DNA from: Octopus vulgaris
Lineage: Eukaryota
Length of the DNA: 64,000 bases
Assembly (NCBI GenBank): GCA_951406725.2
Contig: OX597816.1
Coordinates: 96,782,001-96,846,000, forward strand
Direction of reading: 5' to 3'
Each line of letters begins with the position of its first letter. Within the stretch, counting starts at the first letter, position 1. The position numbers and the translations under genes were made by a program. This document shows, one piece after another, positions 11,431-23,163 of the stretch. The notes beneath the pieces were generated by a model that was given only the letters and a program-made list of their open reading frames with translations, did no database searches and was not told where the DNA came from.

Positions 11431-13644
11431 GTATTAAGTATTTTACCAATTACTTAATCAATTGTTTGATTAATCATTCAGTCTATCAGTAAATCAGCAA
11501 GTGTCATCAGAGTCCTTTTGTTGCCATTCCCAACCTCATTAATGATGTTACTGGCATAACTATGGATGGCAACAGATCTCTCCTATTCACTGTAGCATCT
11601 GCCTGTGTAACTGAGGATATATTGTTCCTTTTCTACACAACCATCTCTTTGACATTCATTCTCTATCTTACAATAATGAAGAATGTTATTAGACCTATCT
11701 GTATTGAATTTGTACTTAATACACTCTTCCATCACTTAATCTTACTATTTTCCCTCTCTGCTAGTACCTACCACTTGTACTTTCCATCTACTGTACTCTC
11801 ACCTTCTATCACTATATTTTTCCCTATCAGAGTTTTGCATTCTCCATCAATTTTTTTCTATACAGCTTCTCCGTCTATACTTTGAGTGAATATACTCAAG
11901 AACGTGTACTAAGGACTCTTCAGTCTTATAAGGTACAAGACAACCTCATTAAGCTGGTACTAAGATTAAATGCATCCAGTACGATCTCTAAAGTTGCTGG
12001 CAATTGAATAAAGATAATTTTTAGTCTTGTTCAGTACATGATAACTGCTCCAATACTTGTGCCATAATAAAGTATACCCTGTGCAATCTGTAAAGTGGCT
12101 AGGGATAGGAAGTGAGACATACTCTTTGAGCCAGACAAGAGGGTAGAAATTCTGTATAAGAACTGACTGGGACTGTGACAACCTGTCCACTCCATGCTAG
12201 CATAGAAAGCGGATTTTACTTGATGATGATGATAATCATGATCATGATATGTATACAAAAAGCATCCAGCCATAGAAACCATGCCAAAATAGACATTGTA
12301 GCTTGGTACACTCTGCTAGTTAGCCAGCTCCTGTTAAACAATCCAATCCATGCCAGCATGGAAAACGAGCATTAAAGATGATGATGATAATGATGCTGAT
12401 GATGACAATGACTGCAACATATATGCACACAACAATAAGCAGTTCTGTACCCTATATTTCTTTTAATGGGTCTAACTTTATTTTGCCTTTGATCATTTTT
12501 GCCCTCCTCTGTTTCTCATGTTGCTTTGTATTTCAAACTTCCACCACCTGGACAACGTTCATTTTTAGAACAAGAAAACAAACATTTTCAACAGCACCAA
12601 GACAAATCTCTACACACACAAAAAAGATAAAAATGAAAATCAGCAGACATGAACAACACAATTAAAAACCTTAAAACTTTACTAGGTCACACAATCTTTT
12701 ATAATCAGTCATAGCAACAACTGTATAATTTAGAAAACAAAATATTCCTTTTTAGGATAAGAGAATATTTCAACCTTGATCGGTTGTAGATCCTAGAATT
12801 GCAGACCTGTAAAGTCCCCAGTCTTTGTGCATATTTTTCCTAACATAACCAACACAAAACAACATCAACTACATCAGTTTCACTAGTCTTAGAGGGCTTT
12901 GAAAGTGATAGGTGTTGTCATACTTCAGACCAAGAGATAATAAAGTAAACAAAGGAGAAACACTAAATCTATATCCTTTCAAATACATTTATTTCTTCTT
13001 TGAGAAAACTCTTCTGAAATGCTTGAATTCTCTCTGAACCATAGCACATAAATTTATTCAATTCCATGGAAGTGTTTGTTTTTGTATATTCAAACTACAG
13101 TTAGTTTTCTTTGACTTTGTTCATTAACTTTTAGCTATCTATAATATCAGTATATTTTAAATCTTTATGAAACAGATTCTGTCAAGAGCCCAATATGCAC
13201 ATGTAGAAAGAATATCCTACCATTTGGTTAAATTAAATCTCTTAGGGCAATGGAAATATAATGGCCTGATTAATGTGAGTTCAATCTTGAGCCCAAAAGA
13301 TGAATTAATAATTCATTAATAGTAAAATGTATAAAAGGAAGCTAAGAGATTCAATCTGCTTTAACTTTCAAAGTTTTACTGACTATCCTAAATCAACAGA
13401 ACAATATATCAACAGCAGTTACATAAATGTATATATACTATATGTGAGTGATTGTGAGTTTATCTGGATGGCATGCATGTATGGTGGAAAACTTCATTTC
13501 ACAACCACATGGTTTCTGGTTCAATTCTACTTTGGTTTTATGCACCATCACTAACATTTGAGTAATAATTTGACTGGAATTTGGCAGACAGAAACTATGC
13601 AGAAGCTTCTCCTTATCTCTCCCCCCCCTACCACAAATATAGAT

Positions 13645-14040
13645 ATATAAAGCTGCATATAAAAACAGATTAATATTAAACTAAGTGATTACTCAATACT
13701 TTTTATCAAACTACATATTTAGTACTTTTTACAAGGAAAACATCGATATGACTTTGATGTTTCAGCTTACTCGCCTTCATTGGAAAGTAATTTACTTTGA
13801 TTCTTTTTTGGAGTTAACTGGTTTTTGACAGAAGTTCTCTAAGGTAAATGGAGCAATGTAATAGTTATTAGGTATGATTTAAGTAGACAGGTGAAGTATT
13901 TTGTTGTAGGACAGAGGAGGATAGGAAGAACATATGTGTTTGTAGAGTGTGTGTTGATAGAAAAGTATGTATTAGTTTGATTTTTATGAGGGAATGTTGT
14001 TTAGGATTCAGTCACATAGGGAAGTAAGAGTCTGAACAAA
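13645..14040 (-). mobile_element. PLE-type terminal fragment with CpG-decayed hammerhead
   Basis: Minus strand 13788-13751 reads ACTTT-CCAATGA-A-GGC-gagtaa-GCT-GAAAC-ATC-AAAGT; flanked by TA-rich tracts. Confidence 0.5.
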
Positions 14041-14074
14041 TATATGTATTTGAAATGAGTGTGTGTATCAACAT

Positions 14075-16155
14075 TATCATCATCATCATCTTCAACATCT
14101 TTTAACGTCCATTTTCCATGCTGGCATGGGTTGGACAGTTTGACTGAGGACTGGCAAGCCAGGCTCCGATCTGTTCTGGCAAGGTTTCTACAGCTGGATG
14201 CCCTTCTTAATGCTAATCACTCTGAGAGTGTAGTGGGTGCTTTTTACATGTCACCAGCATGGGTGCCAGTCAGATGGCACTGGTATTGGCCACGACAACA
14301 ATTTCACTTGACTAAACAGGTCTTCTCAAGTACAGCATATTGCCTGATGATTGGAGGGTACTTTTAAACGGGCCAGTTAAGCGACACTGGCATTGGTTGT
14401 AGATATGATCTCACTTGGCTAGTTGGGTGTTTTCAAGCACAGCATATCTTCAAAGGTCTCGGTCACTTGTCATTGTCTCTGTGAGGCTCAACATTTGAAG
14501 GCCATGCTTCACCACCTCATCCCAAGTCTTCCTGGGTTTATCTCTTCCACAGTTTCCCTTCACCCTTCTTCACACCACTGTCCTCAATCATACACAACAC
14601 ATGACCACACCAGCACAGTTGTCTCTCTTGCACATCACATCTGATGCTTCTTATGTCCAACTTTTCTCTCAGTGTGCTTACACTTTTATATGTATGCACA
14701 CTGACATTACACATCCAGCAAAGCATACTAGCTTCATTTCTTTCAAACCTATGCATCTAACTACTGCGTAACATGGCTGTTCACACACAGGCAGCATACA
14801 GTCTACCTTTCACTCTAAGCAAGAGGCACTTTGTTACCAGCAGAAATAGGAGCTCTCTGAACTTTGTCCAGGCTACTCTTATTCTAGCAGCTACACTCTC
14901 AGAGCATCCACCTATGCCTTTTCTGCAGATCGAGACTTTGGCTTTTGTTAGATTGACTGTAAAGCCCTTCGATTCTAGACCTTGCTTACACACTTGAAAC
15001 TTTTTCTCTAGTTCCGGCAGTGACTCAGCTATGAGAGTAAGGTCATCAGCATAGAAGAGCTCCCAGGGGCAGCTTGTCTTGAACTCCTCTGTTATTGCCT
15101 GGAGGACTATGATGGATAAGAGGGGGCTGAGTACTGATCCTTGGTGAACTCCTACTTCTACTTAGAATTGTTAATTATACTCATTGCCAACCCTCACCTT
15201 ACTGACAGCATCCCTGTAATTGGCTCGTACAGCTCTCACTAACCACCCATCTATCCCCAGTTTCTGCAATGACCACCAGATAAGGGTTCAAGGGACCCTG
15301 TCAAAGGCTTTCTCCATGTCAATGAAAGCCAAGTACAGAGGTTTATCAATGGCTAGGAATTTCTTTTGCAACTGTCTTTCCAGAAATACAGCATCAATAG
15401 TGCTTCTCCCTGACACAAACCCAAACTGCATTAGTTGGACTATGACCCTCTCCATGACTTTCATCAACTGGTCCAACAATTTGATACTTCTGTAATTATT
15501 CCTATCTAATGCACCACCTTTACCTTTGTAGCAATTGACTATGATGCTGCTGCACCAGTCATTGGGTGTGACTCCTTCATGTATCACCTGGTTGACTATT
15601 TGGGTGACTAGGCTATAGCCTACACCACCAAATACTTTAAGCCTCTCTGCAGTGACTCCTGATGGAGCAGGGGATTTCCCTACCTTTATACTCAGACTGA
15701 TAGGTGAACAGGTGACTGGCCGGTTTCCTGAAGTTAGTATTACAGATCATAAGATCATTTGCATCACAGAACTCCAGTAGCTTGTTTCCCTCCTCATTGT
15801 GGGAACCAAATCTGTAGCCTCCATCTACACCATGGAAGCTCCCTGGATGTTGTCCAATGTGCCCGTTGAAGTTGCCAGCCACAAAGAGAATGTCTCTGTC
15901 ATTTGCCAATGAGGTAGTTTGTAAGAGAGTGTCATAAAATCGGTCTTTCTGTTTATCAGGTAGCCAAGATAATGGTTGCTAATCTTTGTTGCAGCCCTAA
16001 TCTAAACTTAAGTATATCTAGATTAACTTATCAACCCATTTCTCTGCAAGGAGTATACTCACACTGCCAATCCTGTCAGTGTTCCTACCCAGAAAATCTT
16101 ATACCTATGTTCTTTGCCTGTGAGGAACCTAGAAGATCTTCCTCTCCACCATGAA
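14075..16155 (-). mobile_element. Internally deleted RTE-clade LINE (APE and RT pseudogene, 3' UTR, (GAT)n tail)
   Basis: AGNFNGHIG..G.HNEEG..LLEFC (APE); YKGKG...NYR.IKLL, QFGF..GRSTIDA, FIDMEKAFDRVP, VHQGSVLSPLL, FYADDL (RT). Confidence 0.92.
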
Positions 16156-16509
16156 CAATCCAAACAGATTCACATTCTCCAAATACAATCAATTACAATG
16201 AAATTTTGTAAAACATTCCAAGGATTCTCTATTTGAGGTTCTTGGACTGAATATAGGCACACACCCATAAATACATACTAAATATACACACATTTGCACA
16301 CACAAACAGTAATATAGCATATACAGTAATATAGCATCGATAGTATATGAGAGCAAGTTGACCCACACACACAGGCATACATACCCATTTGCACTCACCA
16401 ACCAATTCCGATATCCATGAACCCCAAGAGTTATCGTGACTTAAACAAAAGTGCCTTGCCACTTTTTTAGTAACTGGTTTAAATTCTGCAAAGAAAAAAA
16501 TTATATTCG

Positions 16510-16898
16510 TGCTAGTGAAGCACTAAGAGCACCATCCAAGCATGATCGTTGCCAGAGGGGCTAACTGGCATCCGTTTCGGTGGCATGTAAAAAGCACCAT
16601 TTGAGCATGATCGTTACCAGAGTCACCTTACTGGCACTTGTGCCGGTGTGCAGGTGGCACGTAAAAAAAAAAACACCATTTGGGCGTGGCCATTGCCAGT
16701 ACCGCCTGACTGGCCCTCGTGCTGGTGGCACGTAAAAGCACCAACTACACTATCAGAGTGGTTGGCATTAGGAAGGGCATCCAGCTGTAGAAACTCTAGC
16801 AGATCAAGATTGGAGCCTGGTGCAGCCATCTGGTTTGCCAGTCCTCAGTCAAATCGTCCAACCATGGAAAGCGGACATTAAATGATGATGATGATGAT
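16510..16898 (+). mobile_element. 5'-truncated RTE 3' UTR with tandem internal modules; many related short copies (e.g. 5975-6090, 9085-9230, 12265-12400, 22000-22195, 24225-24410, 25090-25620, 25810-26080, 27190-27580, 27712-27870, 36137-36510, 46590-46875, 55910-56300)
   Basis: All share ttggc.ttaggaagggcatccagctgtagaaac and/or catgccagcatggaaa..ggac.ttaaa(tga)n with the 3' end of the RTE at 14075. The 36137 copy also encodes the RT C-terminus TWDEVVKHELRTLGL. Confidence 0.8.
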
Positions 16899-17142
16899 CC
16901 CAAACATGCACACTCACACACGCACAGACACACACCCACACACACACACATGTAACCTGTGTGGTTCCATTTTGATTACTGTAAGATTGATTAGATTTTG
17001 AAAATTGAAATAACCTTCATAAAATAGGCCAACTTGTTTGGTATCAAACACATTCATTGATGAATATTATGATGATAATGAACACATGAACACTCTATAC
17101 CAGTGTTTCTCAACCTGGGTTCCCATATATATATATATATAT

Positions 17143-18222
17143 TTGGTAGTACAAATTGGATATGCAATCTATGTAGGTGTCTTTTCAAAACATTGTCGAG
17201 TTTAAAAAGCCACATCAGATGCCATGATGATTCTAAGGTATAGGTGCAAACTCTGCATATTAATAACTGGTTTAAGAAAAAATTAATACTTCTTTATGAA
17301 ATTTATTGGTAATGCTAGATAAGATTCATACTGCTCATTTATGATACCTTATCATGGAGTTTTCATTCATGCACAAAAAGAAAAAAAAGAAAAAAACCTA
17401 AACTTAAATGTAAAAAATAAACATAAGTAACCAATATCATATACCTATAATACATAAATGTAAATGGAACAAAGACAGATAATTGTGTATCTGGGGTTCT
17501 GCAAAAAGTCCCTATGGGTTCCTCAAGAAAGAGTGAGATACGCTAATGCTAATATCATGATTGAAATATTACTATACCTACACAACATATTATTGATTAC
17601 TGTGATATAGACAATATCCTATCTAGCCTATTATGTTATCAAAAAATATAACAACCATTTACAATGAAATCCATGTGTGTTTATCTAAAGTTTGACCTCG
17701 AATTAAGTATTAGACAGGCACAGGTTTCACATTAGAGAAGCATGTTTCACTTTATCAAATGGCTTTGAAAGTAATATTTCCTTGTGCAATTTATTGGTTC
17801 ACAGTTCATTTTGACTTGATTTATCTTTTGTCTTTTCAACATTGCCAGTAAAGGATAAATAAATAATAAACTGATACACAATTATCTGTCTTTGTTCCAT
17901 TTACATTTATGTATTATAGGTATATGATATTGGTTACTTATGTTTATTTTTTACATTTAAGTTTAGGTTTTCTTTATTTTTTTTAATTTTGTGCATGAAT
18001 GAAAACTCCATGATGAGGCATCATAAATGAGCAGTATGAATCTTATCTAGCATTACCTCTAAATTTCATAAAGAAGTATTAATTTTTTCTTAAACCAGTT
18101 ATTGATATGCAGAGTTTGTACCTATACCTTAGAATCATCATGGCATCTGATGTGGATTTTTAAACTACACAATGTTTTGAAAAGACACCTACATAGATTG
18201 CATATCTAATTTGTACTACCAA
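17143..18222. repeat. Long inverted repeat: arms 17143-17491 and 17873-18222, 381-bp spacer
   Basis: Arms are reverse complements with roughly a dozen differences by eye. Confidence 0.97.
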
Positions 18223-18703
18223 GAACTGCAGTTAAGTCCTGATCTTTGTGGATCTTAAAATCTTTTGAAGTCTCCATTAGATCTGCAGACTTTCTGGCAT
18301 ACACTGCATTAAAAGATGTGCACAGACATAAAGGCTGAATAGTTGGTGGTGGTTCATTTTCCATGGGTTCACAAATGGGGTTTCAGCCCAGAAAAAGAAA
18401 GTCATGGTCTGTTATAAACTGTGCACACAAAAAGGTCATTGTGATTCACCTTCTCAGTATGTATATACATATTATCGATATATATATATATATATAGGGA
18501 GAATTCACAGAAGAACAAAAGACAAAGACAGGTGGTGTAGACAACAAACAGATGTGTTAGTTTAATGGTCAGTAAGTGAAAAAGTCTTCAACATTTCGAG
18601 CCTACACTCTTCCACAGAAAGGAACACAGAAAGAAACAAGGAGAGAAAACAAAGAATGTGTAGTGGCTAGTGATCTATGATGGCAGTATATATATATATA
18701 TAT

Positions 18704-19099
18704 TTATTCTTTTATTTGTTTCAGTCATTTGACTGTGGCCATGCTGGAGCACTGCCTTTAGTTGAGCAAATCAACCCCAGGACTTATTTTTTGCAAGCTT
18801 AGTACTTATTCTATCAGTCTCTCTTGATGAACCGCTAAGTGATGGAGACATAAACACACCAGCATCACTTGTCAAGCAATGTTGTGGGGACAAACACAGA
18901 CGCACAAACATATACATACACACACATATATATATATGACAGGCTTCTTTCAGTTTCCATCTACCAAATCCACTCACAAAGCTTTGGTCGGTCCGAGGCT
19001 ATAGTAGAAGACACCCGCCCAAGGTGCCACGCAGTGGGACTGAACCCGGAATCATGTGGCTGGTAAGCAAGCTACTTACCACACAGCTTCTTCTGCACC
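18704..19099 (-). mobile_element. Full-length tRNA-derived SINE (family 1)
   Basis: Reverse-complement homologue of 11031-11430. Confidence 0.9.
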
Positions 19100-19101
19100 T
19101 A

Positions 19102-19138
<37 letters not shown>

Positions 19139-21179
19139 TATTTACCACGCGAACTACGATGAAAAAGTGAGAATGATATAGAATATAACATTTTTTGTGC
19201 TGGGGTTCCTTGAGACATGTAATTTATTTCAAGGGTTATGCAAAGCTAAAAATGTTGAGAAACACTGCTCTATACTATCATTTCTTTTACTCCAAATCTT
19301 TTCTTTCTATGCAACCAGAAAGCAATTTTATTTTTATAAAAATGTGGAAATTAATAGTGGTTTCTAATTTCAACAAAATACTAATTTTTGTAGAGATCAA
19401 CACATTACATTGAATCAACCAAACTTTTACTGGTACTTAACTTATCAAAATCAAAGACATATTCCTTAATGTTAACTATAACATGATTTGAACTCATAAA
19501 CTAGATTCATTAAATATTATTATGACATTGATCTCATAATCTTCGCTCTCTGACACATCCAATGCTCTCTTATGAATATTAATTGCTTGCAATAAGATAT
19601 GAACTTATTTTTGTTTAAATATACAATATTTTAATTATCATTCTTTTGTTTTTTTTCTATACACATGAAAGGTCTCTGGGAAATTAGCAAATTTTCTGAA
19701 AAATTATAAAAAGGAATACCTGTAAAAAGAAATGAATCTTGAAATAATCAGAAGCTAAAAATTCACTGAAGCTTAATAATTTTGTAATCTAATGATATTT
19801 AATATTAACTTTAATCAGAGGTTCCCCAAAAAATGAAATGTGAATATTTTAACTCACTAATTAAAACATACAAACACCAAATAAAATTTTCAATTTACAT
19901 TTCAGAACAAGAAAAATTTACAATTAATAATGTGAATTTGAAAATATAAAAAAAGCAACCTTAGCAAAAAAAATTTTGAATTTCCCTTTTTAATGACTTC
20001 ATTTATTTAACTTTAACTTCATAATCAAAGTTTTCCCTGTGTAGACAAGAGAATTTTGAAACTATAAGGCTTCTAACTACTAGAAATTGTCTAAAAAAAT
20101 TATATAATCAGATATAGTTGAAATACTATGTGTTTATTGATAATTTTAATTTATGTAAATAAGAAACAACTAAAAGCTTTGGAACTGAGTATTTTTTGTA
20201 ATAAAAACAATAAAATAAAGTTTATTTTCATTGAAAGTTATTCCATCAGCATGCTATCCTGAAATATTAATAACCACTGAGTAAAGGGAATTAAACGGCA
20301 ACTTGTTTGGACTTTGGCCATTAAAGTCTTTAGAATTATGGTTACAGAGAGCCACATCAGTAACTGCTTTCAATCCTATACTACAGCTCTTTCAGATAAT
20401 GTTAATCATTAATTTTCCTGAGAAAGGCATCAACGTCACACATTCTCTTTTATTTCCCTCTAGAATTTCAAGGTATCAGTATTGGAAGTTAATTAATAAT
20501 TAAATTGAAACTTTAAACCCAATTTCAAAACAAGGGTCAGGGTCCATTGTTTGTTCCTTTAAATTAGAAAGCAGGAACATGACTCAGTCTAGTGTCCTTA
20601 AAATAGAGATTGTGAATCTGAGAATTTATATTATGCAAGAATAAATGAGAGATGTTCCACAAGGTTGAATTGTAGAAAAGTTAACAGACCAATTGTGCAG
20701 TGTAAATTAATAATAAAAATAGTGTCAAATTTACAGTGAAGTCACTGGTACGTATACAATATTTCTCTGGCTACAGCACAGTACTTGTGACAACATATGA
20801 ATAACCAACACTTTTGATGACAGATATACACTAGTCAGCTCAACTAAGTGACTGTGATTCCCATTAGTACTTCAACATAAATTCATTAACTACATTTTTC
20901 ATAAGTACAAAATTCCCAATTCTTGATTTCTTACATTAAGTGTCTCAAGAACTGAAGCAAAGAGGACCAAAGAACTAATAATACTAATCGTTTCCTCGGG
21001 TTACTTAGAAAGAGGTATTACTGTAGGTGATAAAACACTGTACAATTGGTGACTGTTTTGTTGTTTGTTTCTTCACTTTCTCACTTGTTCACATGTTCAT
21101 GTATTTATTCATTAATTACTCAAAAGGTGTTGTAGAATCAAAGGCAGGCTGACAATGAAAAAGGCATTGATGGCAGATG

Positions 21180-21770
21180 GATAGGAGTAGTTAGCTGTCA
21201 GAGCACCAGTAAAATGCATTCCTTGCAAATTTCAGGCAATCTGATCAACAGTGGAGATAGGTGATCTGAAATCATAGTAGCTAGAATGAGAAATGGATAT
21301 AAAAAGTTTAGGGTGCTGTCACCTCTGCAAAGTGTACCAATGACTGTGGACATATTGTGATGCAACATAGTAGTGTGTTTGGACATTGAATGCAGATGAT
21401 GTAGGATATTTAGGAAGAAATGAAGCAGGTGTGATCCACTAGATGTGCAATGTTAGTGTAGATAAATAGCAGAGAACAGATAAATTAGGACCAAAACAAG
21501 GCATAAGAGGAATCCACTATAGCAAGCAAGACAAACAACAATTGTAGTAGACATGCAATATTGGATGATGGCATATTGGTAAAGAAATCCAAGGAGATGT
21601 ATGTGGAAAGAAATGCTGGAAGAGGAAGATTAAGGAAAACATGGGTGAAAGCTTAACTTAATCTCTCAAAGGAGATAACAGCAGAGCACAAGTAGCAGAA
21701 CACTGTATTAGAAAGAGCCTGTCTAACCTATTCAAGTATAGAAGAAAAGAGCAATAAAAATTATGATAAT
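21180..21770 (+). mobile_element. Old RTE-clade LINE 3' remnant
   Basis: Degenerate SE.IVARMRNGYKKFRVLSPL and GRGRLRKTW motifs homologous to 14400-15000. Confidence 0.55.
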
Positions 21771-22680
21771 GAAAAAGTAAATCTATGTATGTGCTTTGAA
21801 ATGTAAGAGTCTGACTGAATGAGGACAAGTCCAGCAAACTTGAGCACTGTATTGCATTTGTTCAACTGATTTAATTAATATCAGATCATCATTGATGCAT
21901 TTTCAGAGAAACAATTTTCAATGGAAGTTTGGTTAATTGAAATGGAATGTAACAACAGCTTCTTTTTATTTGGAAAACAAGCAGAGGAAATATGAAAGAA
22001 TTGGCTCCTGTACAAGTGGCATATAAAAGCCCCACTACACACTCGGAGTGGTTGGCATTGGAAAGGGCATCCATCTGTAGAAACGTTGCCAGATCAGATT
22101 AGAGCCTGATGCAGCCGCTGGCTTTCCAGACCTCAGTGAAACCATCCAACCCACGTCAGCATGGAAAACGAATGTTAAACAATGATGATGATGAGACTGG
22201 CTTTGCAATAAGAAAGAACCAAGCTGATAAGCTGCATGAGTTACTATACAATGTGGACAATCAAATTATCAAACTCCATTTACTTATGTCATGCAGGCAT
22301 CAGATGAATTTTTCCTCTGTTTATGCCCCAACTCTTCACTCAATGGAAGTATCTTTTTTTTTTTCTTTTACAAAACTCATATTTTCTATTCTTTCTACAC
22401 CGAAGTATGACTAAATCATTTTTAGTGGTGATTTTAGTCTTTTATCATTTACTTGTTTCAGTCATTAGACTGCAGCCATGCTGGGGCATACCTTAAAGAA
22501 GTTTCAGGTGAATGAATCAACTCCAGTGCCTTTTTTTTTAAAAGCCTGATACTTATTCTACTGGTCTATTTGGCTGAACTACTAAGTAATGAGGACATAA
22601 ACAAACCAACACCAGTTGTCAAGCAGTATCAGGGAACAGACACAAAGACACACACACACGTGTGTATATATATATATATA

Positions 22681-23163
22681 ATTAAAATTAAAATTAACTT
22701 ACATAAAAGTTAACATAAAAAAAAAAATTAAAATTAAAATTAAAAATACCAATGTTCTCAAACCAGTAAATTAACTGCAGTAGTTTATTATCTGCAGGGT
22801 TGTTTCCAGCACTAGCACACCTAAGTGAAGACATTTGAAAATTACCACAAATATATTTTGTAGAACTGTTTCGGGAAAATGTTTCTGTGTATAGTTCTGT
22901 GAAATATGTTTTGAAATACGACAGGTCACACTGAGGATTTACAGATATTTGCATTTTGCAAGTATTAATAATGAAATCATGATATGTTCGTAATCGTTTT
23001 ATTTTGTAAATTTTCATTTGCCTTGCTTATTTTTTACATTTTGGCATTTGCTGGGTTTTTTCTTGTGAACACACTCTTTGTGGTAAGGCGATTTGATGTC
23101 TATCTCTAGTGTATAGGAATCCACTTTAGTGGTCATTCCTCTTATTAATTGTAATACAATTGT
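22681..23163 (+). mobile_element. PLE-type terminal fragment containing a hammerhead motif
   Basis: Inserted in (TA)n; hammerhead at 22928-22987. Confidence 0.65.
22928..22987 (+). ncRNA. Minimal type I hammerhead ribozyme motif, core intact
   Basis: ACA-CTGAGGA-[stem II atatttgca/tgcaagtat]-GAAA-TCATGA-TA-TGT; palindromic stem III ATCATGAT and 3-bp stem I. Confidence 0.7.

Larger units (their letters stand above)
17101..19267. mobile_element. Non-autonomous hAT (Charlie/Buster-like) element expanded by nested insertions
   Basis: Perfect 14-bp TIR CAGTGTTTCTCAAC / GTTGAGAAACACTG and perfect 8-bp TSD CTCTATAC (17093-17100, 19268-19275). Confidence 0.92.

Noticed and set aside
16510-16760. 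CRISPR-like repeat array
   Set aside because: Eukaryotic context, degenerate whole-unit repeats without unique spacers, no cas genes.
18005-18156. C/D box snoRNA-like ATGATGA...CTGA
   Set aside because: Lies in a TE-internal repeat antisense to the host gene; the sense copy has ATGATAA and no guide was identified.
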